Of a DNA stretch of 64,000 nt, positions 23,482 to 37,164 are shown piece after piece; position 1 is the first letter of the stretch, and each line of letters begins with the position of its first letter. Both the position numbers and the translations under genes were made by a program. Source of the stretch: Felis catus. Its lineage: Eukaryota. The DNA lies in NCBI RefSeq assembly GCF_018350175.1, contig NC_058368.1:15192001-15256000 (forward strand), given 5' to 3'. The notes below the pieces were generated by a model. It was not told the DNA's origin. It made no database searches and worked only from the letters and a program-made list of their open reading frames with translations.

Positions 23482-26400
23482 ATTTTTTTCTTTTGGTTTT
23501 TGATTTGTGCTTTGCTTCTTTTATTTGTTCTTCAAGTTTTTATTTAAATTCCAGTTAGTTAACATACAGTTAGTTAACATACATACAGTGTAATATTAGT
23601 TTTAGATGTAGAATTTAGTGATTCATCACTTACATACAACACCCAGGGCTCATCACTACAAGTGGCTTCCTTAAACCCATCACCCATTTAACCCATCCCC
23701 ACTTCCCCTACCAACCTCCCCTCCAGTAACCTTCAGTTTGTTCTCTATAGTTAAGAGTCTGTTTCCTGGTTTGCCCCCCTCCTTTTTTATATGTTCATCT
23801 GTTTCTTAGATCCCACATATGAGTGAAATCATATAGTATTTGTCTTTCTCTGACATTTCACTTAGCATAATACTTTCTAGCTCTATCCATGTTGTTGCAA
23901 ATGGCAAGATTTCATTCTTTTTTATGACTAATATTCCATCATATATATACATATGTGTGTATATATATAATATACGTGTATATGTGTGTGTATAATATAT
24001 GTGTGTATATATATGTATATATATAATATCTCATATTTTATTTATTCATCCATAAGATAATGGACATTTGGGCTCTTTCCATAATTTGGCTATTGTTGAT
24101 AATGCTGCTATAAACATAAACATTGGGGTGCATGAATCCCTTCAAATTAGTATTTTTATATCCTTTCTGTAAATACCTAGTAGTGTAATTGCTAGATCAT
24201 AGGGTAGTTCTATTTTTAACTTCTTAAACCTCCATACTGTTTTCCAGAGTGGCTAAACTAGTTTGCATTCCTACCAACAGTGTAAGAGGGTTCCCCTTTC
24301 TCCACATCCTCACCAACACCTGTTGTTTTCTGTGTTGTTAATTTTAGCCATTCTGACTGGTGTGAGATGATATCTCACTATAGTTTTTATTTGTATTTCC
24401 CTAATGATGAGTGAGGTTTAACATCTTTTCATGTGTCTGTTAGCCATCTATAGGTCTTCTTTGGAAAAATGTCTATTCGTGTCTTCTGCCCATTTTTTAA
24501 AACTGGATTATTTGGTTTTGGGCTGTTCAGTTTTATAAGTTCTTTATATATTTTGAATATTAACCCTTTATCAATTATGCCATTTACAATATCTTCTCCC
24601 ATTTCAAAGGTTGCCTTTTACTTTCGTTGATTGTTTCTTTCACCGTGCAGAAGCTTTTTATTGATGAAGTCCTGATAGTTCATTTTTGCTTTTGTTTCCT
24701 TTGCGTCAGGAGACATATCCAGTAAGAAGTTGCTATGGTTGATGTCAGAAAGGTTACTGCCTGTATTCTCCTCTAGGACTTTGATGGTTTCCTATCTCAC
24801 ATTTAGGTCTTTCATCCATTTTGAATTAATTTTTGTGTATGGTGTAAAAAAGTGGTCCAGTTTCATTCTTTTGCATGTTGCTGTTCAGTTTTACCAACAC
24901 CATTTGTTGAAGAAACTCTTTTTCCCATTGGATATTCTTTCCCACTTAGTCAAAGATTACTTGACCATGTAGTTGTGGGTCTATTTCTGGATTTTCTTTT
25001 CTGTTCCATTGACCTATGTGTCTGTTTTTGTGCCAATACCATACTGCCTTGATCACTCTAGCTTTTAAGTCCAGAATAGTGGTGCATCCAGCTTTGCTTT
25101 TCTTTTTCAAGATTGCTTTGGCTATTTGGGGTCTTTTGTGGTTCCATACAAATTTTAGGATTTTTTTTCTAGTTCTGTAAAAAATCCTGGTGGTATTTTA
25201 ATAAGGATTGCATTAAGTGTGTGGATTGTTTTGGGTATGGATATTTTAACAATGTTTGTTCTTCCCATACACGAGCACAGAATATTTTTGATTTCTCTGC
25301 ATCATCTTCAATTTCTCTCATCAGTGTTTTATAGTTATCAGAATACAGATCTTTTACCTCTTTGGTTAAGTTTATTCTTAGGTATCTTACAACTTTTTGG
25401 TGCAGCTGTAAATGGGATTGATTCCTTGAATTTTCTTTCAACTGCTTCATTATTGGCGTATAGAGACGCAAGAGATTTCTGGACATTGATTTTGTATCCT
25501 GCAACCTTACTGAATTTGTGTATCAGTTCTAGAAATTTTTTGATGGAGTCTTTGGGGTTTTCTATACAGAGTATCATGTCATCTGCAAATAGTGAAAGCT
25601 TGACTTCTTCCTTGTCTGTTTAGATACCTTTTCTTGTTGTTATTGTCTGATTGCTGAGGCAAGGACTTCCAGTACTATGTTAAATAACAGTGGTGAGAGT
25701 GGACATCTTTGTCTTGTTCCTGACTGTAGAGGAAAAGCTCTCAGTGTTTCCCCAGTGAAGATGATATTAGCTGTGAGTTTTTGTATATGGCCTTTATTAT
25801 ATTGACGTATGTTCCCTCTATCCCTACTTTGTTGAGAGTTTTTATCATGAATGGATCTGTACTTTGTCAGATTCTTTTTCTGAATCTATTGAAAGGATCA
25901 TATGGTTCTTATCCTTTCTTTTATTAAGGTAGTATATCACATTGATTGATTTGTGAATATTGAACCACTCTTGCAGCTCAGGAATGAATCCCACTTGATT
26001 GCGGTGAATGATTCTTTTACTGTACTGTTGTATCTGATTTGGCAGTATTTTGTTGAAAATTTTTGCATCCATGTTCAAAGATATTGGCCTGTAGTTCTCT
26101 TTTTTAGTGGAATCTTTGATTTTGGAATCAAAATAATGCTGGCCTCATAGAATGATTTTGGAAGCTTTCTTTCCATATCTATTTTTTGGAATAGTTTGAG
26201 AATGATAGGTATTAACTCTTCTTTAAATATCTGGTAGACCTGGGATGCCTGGGTGGCTCAGTCAGTTAAGCGACTGACTTCAGCTCAGGTCATGATCTTG
26301 CAGTTTGTGTGTTCGAGCCCTGCACTGGGCTCTGTGCTGACAGCTCAGAGACTGGAGCCTGCTTCAGATTCTGTGTCTCCCTTTCTCTGCCCCTCCCCCA

Positions 26401-27172
26401 CTCACACTCTGTTCTCTCTCTCCTTCAAAAATAAATAAACATTAAAAAAATTTTTTTTAAATATCTTGCAGACCTCCCCCCATGAAGCCACCTGGCCCTG
26501 GACTTTTGTTTATTGGGAAATTTTTGATTACTTATTCAGTTTCTTTGCTGGTTATCAGTCTCTTCAAGTTTTCTATTTCTTCTTGTTTCAGTTTTGACAG
26601 TTTATAGGAATGTATCCATTTCTTCCAGATTGTATGATTTGTTGGCATATAATTTTTCCCAATATTCTCCTATAATTGTATTTCTGTGGTGTTGGTTGTT
26701 ATTTCTCCTCTCTCATTTGTGATTTTATTTATTTGAGTCCTTTTTCTTTTTGATAAATCTGACTAGGGATTTATCAATTTTGTTAATTTTTTCAAGGAAA
26801 CATCTCCCGGTTTCATTGATCTGTTCTTTTCATTTCTATATCATGTATTTTTGCTCTAATCTTTATTATGGAAATAATAAGTTCTTCTTCTGCTGGCTTT
26901 AGGTTTTGTTTGTTGTTCTTTTTCTAGCCTTTAGGTGTAAGTTCATGTTGTTTGAGATTTTTCTTTCTGGGATCCATTTCTCTCTGAAACCACATCTCCA
27001 CACTTCCTGCCTTCCTCTATGTGGCCTCTTCTCTCCTTCTAGTTGTGCACTTTGTTCTGTCAGTCTTCAGGTCATTGTTGGGCATTCAGAATGATTTGAT
27101 AGTTACCTAGCTGTGTTTGAGGGTCAAGGCAAGCCTAGAGTCCTCCTACTACACTGACATCTTAGCTCCCCC
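23482..27172 (-). mobile_element. Carnivore L1, degenerate and internally deleted: 3' UTR, ORF2 RT/C-terminal part and a ~200-bp 5'-end remnant; CanSINE inserted at ~26242-26460
   Basis: T-rich tail at ~23482-23545. ORF2 peptides in the ORF track: [18 protein letters not shown]..., [19 protein letters not shown]...[12 protein letters not shown]. Frameshifted. Confidence 0.92.
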
Positions 27173-27543
27173 TCATATGTTTCCTGATAACCAAATTTAC
27201 TACAAAGTTGCAATAATCATTCAGTTTGGTATTGGCATAAGAACAGACATATGTGGGATAGAATTGAACAATGAAATAGAATTAATAACCCATAAATAAG
27301 CCCATTCACAGTTAACGGATTTTCAATAAATCTCAAGAATATTCAATGAGAAAGAAGTTTTATTTTCAACAAATGGAACACTAGGAAATTCATTCAAAAA
27401 GGAGAATTTGGACCCCCACCTCACAACATACTAAAAAATTAACATAAAATGGATCAAAGACCTAAATGTAAGAAATAAAACTGTAAAACTCTTAGAAGAA
27501 AACATGAGTAAATCTTCATAAACTTGGATGAAACAATGATTTC

Positions 27544-27756
27544 TTTTTTTTTTTTAAGTTTATTTTGAGAGAGAGACAGCACGTGTATGCGTGAGCGGGG
27601 GAGGAGCAGAGAGAGAGGGAGAGACAGAATCTCAAGTAGGCTCTGGCTGTTAGTGCGCAGCTGGATGTGTGGCTTGATTCTCATGAACCATGAGAACATG
27701 ACCTGAGCCTAAATCAAGAGTTTGATGCTTAACCAACTGAGCCACCCAGGCACCCC
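27544..27756 (-). mobile_element. CanSINE
   Basis: Reverse-complement head ...gagccacccaggcacccc with poly-T. Confidence 0.9.
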
Positions 27757-29392
27757 TGAAGCAAGGATTTCTTAGTTACAACCCCCAAATAAAACACAAA
27801 TAAAAAACAATTGATAAGTTGTATTTCATCAAAATTAAAATATTTTGCTTTTCAAATGACGCCATCAAGAAATTGAAAATAACAACACATAGACAATGAG
27901 AAACGATTTGCAAATTATTATATCTGATTTGTATTTAGAATATATAAAGAACTATTATAACTCAACAAATAAGGCACAGTTTTAAAATGGGCATAGGATT
28001 TGAATAGACATTTCTCCAAAAATATACAAATGCCCAGAAAGCACATGAAAATATGTTCAATGCAATTAATCTTTAGAAAAATGGAAATCAAAAATACAAC
28101 ATGTCATTATTTATCCTCTAGAATGTCTATAATAAAAAAGATAGATACTAACAAGTATTGACAAGGATGTAGAGAAATTCAAACTCTTATGTACTACTGG
28201 TACCAATGTAAAATGATGCAGCCATATTTTGGTAAACAATTTGCATCTTAAAAAGTCATTTGTAGACTTACTATATGACCTGCAATTCCCATGAGAGATG
28301 AAATTGTGTACATGTTGTCATTTCTCTTGGTTCAAAAAAATCAAGTGATGCTCTTGTTATAAAACTTCCACTTCTGTTTATTTAGTTTAGGTGCATAGAG
28401 TCTCTCAGTTTTCACATCTATAAATGTTAAAATTGAGATAGAACTGATGCTGTATCCTGTGTTATTCTGGAATAGAACACATATAATACAAACAATAATA
28501 TAAATAGCTACACACACATACAAAGTGTACAGGTATACTTGACCGAAATGTTCACAGCAACATTATTTAAAATGGCCAAAAAGTAAAAATAACCCAAACA
28601 TATATCAATCATGAATGGATTTTTGAAAATGTGGTATATCCATACAATGGAATATTGTTCAGTCCCAAAAATGCTGCACATGGATGAACCTCAGTGAGAG
28701 AAGCCAGATATGAACATATATTGCATGATTCTATTTTTGTGAATTTTTTTAAATGGCAAATATACAAAGACAGAAAGTAGACTGGTGGTTGCCTAAGGCT
28801 GGGGTTGGTAATTAGAATTGACTGTAAATGGGCACAAGATTTTCTTTTTAGGGTGATAGAAATGTTCTAAAATGAGATTGTGATGATGGTTGTATAGTTC
28901 TGTAAATATAATGAAATCCATTGAATTGTACATTTAAAATTAGTGAACACCATAAATGGTGTATACATATTATATTTAAAGCAGTTTGAAAAATACCTCC
29001 TGGGTAGAGGGATTATTATATTTGTATTTATATATATTTTAAGTGTGGATAAATATTTATTGAACAAAGAGTATATATTTATTGGAAATGCATCTTAAAG
29101 TGGTGACAGGGACTTTTTTTCCAGTTAATTAGTATACTTCCAGATGATGATCATTTATTTCTAGAATGGGACAGAATTCAGCTTCAATTCTATTCTAATT
29201 TCAATATTTATATATGTAAAGGCTGAGAAACTCCACATAAACAAAATGAACTAATGTAGGTTATCACTGGTGATATTACCTAATTGCTCCCAGCTCATGT
29301 TGAACTCAACAGAACGACTTGGTATAAAATAAAAGTCCCGGAAAGTACACTTTGTTTAAGGCTAATGTGATAATACTATTCTAAAAGTTCTA

Positions 29393-29625
29393 GGGGACCT
29401 TGAGTGGGTCAGTTGGTTGACCGTCCAACTTTGGCTCAGGTCATCATCTCACAGTTCACGAGTTCGAGCCCCACATCAGGCTCTGCGCTGACAGTTCAGA
29501 GCCTGGAGCTTGCTTCAGATTCTGTGTCTCCCTCTTTCTCTGCCCCTCCCCTGCTCACACTCTGTCTCGGTCTCTCAAAAATAAATAAACATTAAAAAAT
29601 TTTAAAATAAATAAATAAAAATAAA
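29393..29625 (+). mobile_element. CanSINE
   Basis: Head/CT-tract/A-tail structure. Confidence 0.9.
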
Positions 29626-30065
29626 AATTCTACATGATGCTAGGTCTTCACTGTATGACCTCATTCAACTTTTCTTCCTTAAATTTTTTGCATATGAAAA
29701 GCATGAATTTGACCAAAGGTCAATAATTGTGATGTTCTTAGTACAGTATAATTTTCCCCTGGCAGACCAAATAGTGGATGATGGACAAATGTAGCATTTT
29801 AAAAACTGAGTAATAAATAGATAAAAGTAATTTCTTATTCAGATTTGTAGATACATATGTAGGCTTTATAAGTTCTATATTTCCATATAAAATATTTTAT
29901 CTGTTCCTTAGCAAATATATATACCCTTAAAAACATCTATTAAAGTATGAAAAACAATTCCTTTAATATTTCTTACTAGCCTGATTTGGCTTCATTCTTG
30001 CCAAATTGATGTTCTTTATATTATAAAGAGGCTAACGGCTGGTTCAGTAAAGTACCTCATTTTCT

Positions 30066-30430
30066 TTTTCTTTTTTAAAATTTATATCCAAGTTAGTTAG
30101 TATATAGTGCAATAATGATTTCAGGAGTACATTCCAGTGATTCATCCCCTACATATAACACTCAGTGCTCATCCCAACAAGTGTCTTCCTTAATGCCCCT
30201 TGCCCATTAAATCCATCCCCCCTTCAGCAACCCTCAGTTTGATCTCTATATTTAAGAGTCTCTTATGTCTTGTCCTCCTCCTTGTTTTTATGTTATTTTT
30301 GCTTCCCTGCCCTTATGTTCATCTGTTTTGTATCTTAATTCCACATATGAGTGAAGTCATGATATTTGTCTTTTCTCTGACTAATTTCACTTAGCATAAT
30401 ACACTCAAGTTCTATCCACGTTGTTGCAAA
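30066..30430 (-). mobile_element. 5'-truncated carnivore L1 3' end with a perfect 17-bp TSD
   Basis: L1 3' UTR sequence; TSD aaagtacctcattttct at 30049-30065 and 30431-30447. Confidence 0.92.
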
Positions 30431-30507
30431 AAAGTACCTCATTTTCTATACACTTAATATGCATAACAAGATGGTAGGGTAAAGTTTAACACTAGACACC
30501 AAAATTA

Positions 30508-30558
30508 TTCTTCTTCTTCTTCTTCTTCTTCTTCTTCTTCTTCTTCTTCTTCTTCTTC
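30508..30558. repeat. (TTC)17 / (GAA)17 microsatellite at a SINE tail
   Basis: Pure trinucleotide run, counted directly. Confidence 0.95.
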
Positions 30559-30559
30559 T

Positions 30560-30800
30560 TTTTAATTTTAGAGAGAGTGCTTAAGCAGGGGAGAGGGTCA
30601 GAGGGAGAAAGAGACAGAGACAGAGAAAGAATTCCAAGCAGGCTCCATGCTCAGCATGGAGCCCAACGTAGGGCTCAGTCCCTCGACCCTGAGAATCCCA
30701 AGCATGATTCCATGGGCCTGGAACTCACAAAACATGAGATCATGATCTGAACTGATATTAAGAGTTGGATGCTCAACTGACTGAGCCACCTAGGTGCCCC
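30560..30800 (-). mobile_element. CanSINE with an internal insertion or rearrangement
   Basis: Reverse-complement SINE; flanked by ccaaa(a)ttattctt repeats. Confidence 0.85.
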
Positions 30801-30979
30801 CCAAATTATTCTTACAGCAACTGTTTTAAGGAAATCTTGGTAAGTCACTTAGAGTCAGGGTGCATCCCCAAGGACATAGGCAAATAAGAGAAAATAAATG
30901 AAAAAACACCTACAACATTTTTAATACTGTTACTACATTAGAAATGAGCCAAGGGGTGCTCATTTCTAATGGGGCTTCA

Positions 30980-31070
30980 GGAAGGAAAGGAAGGAAGGAA
31001 GGAAGGAAGGAAGGAAGGAAGGAAGGAAGGAAGGAAGGAGAAGGAAGGAAGGAAGGAAGGAAGGGAGGAA
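30980..31070. repeat. (GGAA)n microsatellite, interrupted
   Basis: Seen directly. Confidence 0.95.
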
Positions 31071-31586
31071 AAAGTCAAGATTGGAAACAGGTGGAATGGG
31101 GAATGAGGGGCACTGAAAATTTAGAAGGGAGGAAAAGCCAACCAACATGGTAGATTGATAAAGGACTCAGAAGAAAACAGTTTCCTGAGTTTGCATTTGT
31201 GGTGGTTTTTGCTACTGTAAGAGACCTACAATTTCCTGAATCCTTCAGTGTAGTTTTCAAAAAATTCTTTGTGTTTTGTTTTTGTTTTGTTTTGGTGAGG
31301 GATTTAGAAAAGAGGCCCAATACCCATCTTGTTTACATGGTTCAGAACAAGACAAGTGTGTGAATGATGAGGAGAAGATCAATGAACTGAATTAGGGAAA
31401 GGAAAGGCCCAGATCCAGATGTGTCCTTGAGACTGTAAATCCTTTGGGAATTTTTGAACATCTCAAAGAGAGCATCAGATTTTTTACAAAAGGTAGAGAT
31501 GGAGCTCAAGGAAAATGTCAATGTCTTTTGTCAGAAACCACCAAGAATATACTGGAGTTTGAACTTCTGTTAAACACTGCTTGTCT

Positions 31587-32381
31587 TTTTTTTTTTTTTA
31601 ATGTTTATTAATTTTGAGAGCGAGTGTCAGTGGGGGAGGGGCAGAGAGAGAGAGAAAGACAGAGGATCCAAAGCTGGCCACACACTGACAGCAGAGAGCC
31701 CGATGCCGGGCTTGAACCCACCAACCGTGAGACCATGGCCAGAGCCAAAGTTGGACGCTTAACCAGCTGAGCCACCCAGGCACCCCAACACCACTTGTCT
31801 TTTTACAGAAGAAACTGTAAGTGGAATGTGAAAGAACCCCTTGATAAAACACCAAAGCAGTTGCATTTTCAACCTTATTAAAATGTGGTTATATTTAAAG
31901 TATTTCATGTATACTTGTAAAGGTTTTTCAAGTTCTGTGTAATTAGGGATTGTAAGAATAAAGAGAAGAAGGTATCTTTAGTACTGGTTGACTGTAATAC
32001 CAGTTAGACACTAGCCCTTTCCCCTTCTTGAGTATGTCACTTATTAAGGAGGCTAAAAGGAAAAATGTGTGATGAACTGCTGGTAAAATCCACTGAACAC
32101 CAGGGATTCATTTTTGGATATCCTGATGGTCTTGGAGGGATTCCCACTGCAGAACAACCAGCACTTTTCTGGCCATATTCAGGCAATATCAATTGAAAGA
32201 TCTAGGTCTAGGAGTTCCATCTTCAGCACTCTCAATTCTTGGAACTATTTCATCCCAGCCTGATTGCCCAATAAACTTATGTGATAGCAGATGACAAGGA
32301 ACACAATATTCAACAAAACAAAGATTTGAATGCATCAGTTCACAGAGAATTCATAAGCAAAGATACTGTTTATGAAATAAA

Positions 32382-32437
<56 letters not shown>

Positions 32438-33445
32438 AAAGTCTGCTATTTTGTGAGACTGTAAAAGTACACCAAAGGTTACATTTTTATAGTTAAAATT
32501 TTCAAGCAATTCTTTCCAGAAACTCTTTCTTCATTGTTCAGTAATATTTATTTCCTGAATAGTTTATGTTTCTAGGTCCTTTTTGCCAGTTTGTAGTCTA
32601 ATTGATGTTGTTTCTTTAAAAATAAAGTCCCTTTTCCTAAAGCAACACAAACTTTAAAAAACATTCATCTGGGGCACCTGGGTGGCACCTGGGTGGCTCA
32701 GTCGGTTAAGGGTCCAACTCTTGGTTTCAGCTCAGCTCATGATCTCATGGTTTGGGAGTTCAAGACCCACATCGGACTCAGCACTGACTCTGCTTGGGAT
32801 TCTCTCTGTCTCCCTCTCTCTGCCCATCTCTGCTCATGTGCTCTCTCTCTCTCAAAATAAATAAATAAACATTACAGAAATTTAAAAAATAGGGGTGCCT
32901 GGGTGCCTCAGTTGGTTTAGCGTCTGACTCTGGCTCAGATCATGATCTCACCATTCATGAGTCGCAGCACCATATCTGGCTCTGCACTGACCTCTCAGAG
33001 TCTAGAGCCTGCTTTGGATTCTATGTCTCCCTCTCTCTCTGCCCCTCCCCTGCTCACACTCTCTCTCTCTCTCAAAAATAAACATTAAAAAATTTTTAAA
33101 TAAATATAAAAAAATGAAATTCAAACATTCGTCAACCTAATATAACTGCAAAGACTTGATGCCATGATTAATATATGAAGATGAGAAATCAGATAAATTT
33201 GAATTTATCCATTTTTTTTCTTACATGCTGTCTGGAACAATTGATATTGTTCTTGCCAACAAAAACCACTATTGGCTATTTAAAAAATCACATTCAGGAC
33301 AGAATTGGAAGATGAGAATACCTGTGTGCCTGGCTGGCTCAGTCAGTAGAGCCTATGACTATTGATCTCAGGGTTGTAAGTTTGAGCCCACATTGGGTAC
33401 AGAGATCAGTTAAAAATAAAATCTGAAAAAAATAATAAATAAAAT
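31587..33445. mobile_element. CanSINEs: 31587-31786(-), 32671-32870(+), 32892-33100(+), 33322-33445(+, short form)
   Basis: Consensus heads and tails; the 32671 copy has a duplicated head, ggcacctgggtggcacctgggtgg. Confidence 0.85.
32381..32439. repeat. (GAAA)n microsatellite
   Basis: Seen directly. Confidence 0.95.
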
Positions 33446-34389
33446 AAAGGAACCAGTTCTGCCATCCAAAAATAAATAAATAAATAAGTTCTTTAATTTA
33501 CCTATAGACAAGTCCCTATGGTGTCAGATCACAGCATACCTAAGCATCACTGAACTGTATTTAGTTTCAAGCCTTGCTTGTAACAGTGGGGTTCTTTCTA
33601 TGCAGTTCTGAAGTGATAGAAATTAAAATGCTAACAATACCCAGTTTTAAACAGCCCACAGAAACTACATATGTATTAAGCCTACTCTCAGAGTCTATAA
33701 ATTACTCCATCAGAATATATTAAGTAAGGGCTTTGGAATTTAACTCTTTCAGATGAAAAGAGTTTCCATCAAATTTTCTAAAAAGTCAAATATGGGGCCA
33801 TAGTAATATCAATTTTTTGAAGCCCACTGTACAGAAGGTCCTCTGCTGGCCATCTTACCTCCCTCATCTTATTTTACCCCCCAATAAACAATAAGGAGGC
33901 TATCGTCAGATGAAGAAATGGAAGCTTAGGAAGTTTAATATATTCTAAACAACACAGCAAATACCTACCAAAGCCAAGATTCCCAAAGATTGTTTTCAGA
34001 ATTGCTATTTTGTCAAAATTAATGTTTTATTGAATAACTATTAACATATGCTCAGTATACAGTCATATATTATAGTTTCCATATATTACCTTTGATCCCC
34101 CCCAAAAAAAATCATACAGAATGAGGTTTGTTAACATTAACATTAAGTAACATGATCAAAATCTCACAACTAATAAGTAGTAGAACTATAGTTTAAACTG
34201 GAGTTTTTGACTTTAAAAACCTTAGCATTTTCTACTGTAACACAGTACCTTAGGGTTGGTTATCCAGTTCCCAAAAAGTAACATCATTTGGAAGAATCTG
34301 AAACATCCTAGGACAGAGAAAATTTCGCCAAGACTACAAATTTGCTGGTTTCTTTGGTTTAGCGCTAAAAACAAATATATACTTAGAAT

Positions 34390-34885
34390 CATGATCTATC
34401 TAATGAACTCATGTTTGAATCCTAGCAGTCATACCTACTGCCTACATAATTTTGGGCAATTTACCTTCAATGCTTCAGTTCTTACCTTTGTGTAATTGGG
34501 ACAACAATAGCTACTTCATAAGACTATGCTAACGATGAAGTAAGATAACATATGCAGTGCTCTGTACCTTATAAGAAGCAGCTGACCGGAGTGGTCAAGA
34601 GCACAGATCTTGAAACCAGCTGCCTGAGTTCAAAATCTCAGTCCGCCACTGATCACCTCTGTGATCTTGGGGGAATTTACTTTATCCATCTGTGCCACCA
34701 TTTTCTCACTGGTAAAACAAGGTAATGATTAAACTACTTCATGAGTCGGTATGTGTAAAATGCTTAGGATAAAAATTGTTTCCATTAAATTAAATGTGCC
34801 TGGCACATTGTAAGTACTATTTAAGAGGTTGTTAAATTTTAAAAATACACTTTGAACATAGCAGATGCTGAATAAATGGGAGCTA
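34390..34885. mobile_element. MIR-like fragments
   Basis: tttgaatcctagc...ttgggcaattt...cttcagtt; gagttcaaaatctcag...tgtgatcttggg...tgtaaaatgctt...tgcctggcaca. Confidence 0.65.
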
Positions 34886-37164
34886 TTTTACCCTGCAATC
34901 ACTTGGGTGATTTTAAAATGATATACACGTATACATTTCTACCAGTATTTAATTTTTTTATCTTTGGAGAAAATTCCTCTATTGCCATTAAAATAACATG
35001 TAAAACTGAATCTGCAGCCCAGAATTATTAGTCTGAGAGCTACCCTAATAAGTTCCCTGAAGTTGGGGAGCAAGGAGGAGAGAGGGAGGTGTTATGGTGT
35101 CTTTCAGATTTGAGGTTAAGCAACTGAACTTGTCTCCAGGTGCTATTTACTGAGATGGGAGGCACTGGAGAGGGTTGCACATATGGGAAAAGAAAGGGAA
35201 AGCGAACTAACAATTGTTTAGTACCTTCCAAGAACCGAGCATTATGCTAGGCACTGTGTCCATATTACCTCACATCACTCTCAGAACCACCCTATGGGTA
35301 TCACCCTCTGATTTATAGATCTGTGAAAATCCCTGAAGAAGTATGTTGCACCACAAAGGCAAGTGAGTCAACTTGTTAAATAAAAGTTTTTTTGCATAAA
35401 ATAGTAAGAATTTTTTGTCCCCCACCTCCTCCCGCTACCTTTAAGTTCTGAATGTTCATACCAATATTTACATTGGTGTGTTAGCGTAGTCATCACTTTC
35501 AACCCAAAGTGACACTTTCCTATCCTCTGTAGTCCTTTAGTACCTCCGTGGACAAAGAACTTTTTGAGATGCCAGGGAAGCTGTAAAAGTTCAGTAACTA
35601 CTTGGAAATCTGTAATAATTAGATTACTCTGCCCAAAAATGTCATGGGAGTTGCTGTCTTTCTCCAATACTTACATTAGGCACAGCCATACTACCATGGA
35701 GCTAAAATTCAGTGTAACGATACTGCACATTAATGTAGTAATGTTGTCTTATATCAATTTCAACGTTGATATAATGTAATTGGTTCCAACTGGAAGCAAA
35801 TCAAAGTCTATGTGTTTCTATTCCAATCTTCTGAATAATGCATGCTATCTGTATTACTTCAAAATTCGGGGAACAAAATGCACTAAACAGAACCTCAAAT
35901 GGCCAAAAGAATTTGTTTTTTTAAGGGTGGTATTTCTGAATTCTCTAACAAAGACAACAACAAAGTTCTGAATCATAGAACCCATAAAGTCTTCAAACAA
36001 AAGCACCACCAAGGCAAATTACCCATCCGTTTTCCAAATTTACCGTAGTGCAAATATTAGATGGAACCATATTAAAATGCTGACACAAGCACTTCCATAT
36101 GGTTCCACTAATAGATCATAAAGAGCACATAGTTCATAAATCTCAGGGAACATTAACTACCATAGTTATTTTAAAAATCCCTGCATTCTTTAAAAGCCCT
36201 CTTTTCATTCTGATGGAAAATCAAAAGTGGACACTTACTTTTTATTGCTACTGCTTACTTTTCAAATTATATTACAGCATTCTTATAACCAAGCTTTACT
36301 AATTATAACAGATGTATTTATGATGGATATTTTTGCTCTTTGGTTTTAAGATCAACTCTTGCTATCGTGACCATCAATGATAAACATATATATATATTAG
36401 GCTCTTGTGAGACTTCACGGTTGTCAGCATCCTTGTGCAGATACTACATCGTGCAGTCCCTATGACCTTGCATTTTAGGCGAGCATTTATTACCATTCCA
36501 GCCCTCACACTGGACATGTGGCAAATATTAGCCATGCATCATGGAAGAAGAAACAAATATATCAAAGAACTCAGATCTCACGGGTCATAACTGAGTGCAA
36601 TGTATTCACTACATCTCTGTTAAACAACCTGTCCAGTAGTGACTCAGTTATTGAATAAAACATGAATTCTGATATCACACTCTGAAGAAAGCATTGCTGT
36701 CAGATAGACATACCTTAGGATGCATATTCCCTACTTCCTCTCTGCTGTCAGGCTCATCCTGAGCTCCAGCTCCTCTTAGGCAATCTCCACACTACAGTGA
36801 AGAGAAAGTTTGCAGCCTTAGCCAGGGGGAAGCTGTAGGGGCCACAAGCACGGGCCCTTCCCTCTACTAAGCTCACCCACCACAGGGGTTGTGTGGTGAC
36901 TGAGAAGGCCCCATAGCCTGCTGCGTCTCAGCTACTAACCCAAAAGCAGCAGAAGAAAACAGACCATAATGTGGAAGAGGAAGATTTTTTTTAATGACAT
37001 TTCGTTCATAGAGAATTAAAAAAATTAGTATCTTACCCTATGGATCTTTTTGGTTATGTGAGGTTATTTTCCCAAGTGCTGGTGGTAATTGTCCCCTTTA
37101 TTAATTTTCTGTTGGTGATAATGAATGTGATGGAAAGGCAGGACTGGCAAGACCAGGCCTTTGC

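Larger units (their letters stand above)
22740..28965 (+). mobile_element. Old L1 (L1MB/L1MC-like) ORF2 3' part plus 3' UTR, split by a younger L1 and SINEs
   Basis: L1 motifs at 22740-23480 (aaatggaaagacatcc...ggaggatttaccct) resume at ~27180 (tcctgat...tactacaaag) and end gggtgatagaaatgttctaaaat...gtaaatata. Confidence 0.8.
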
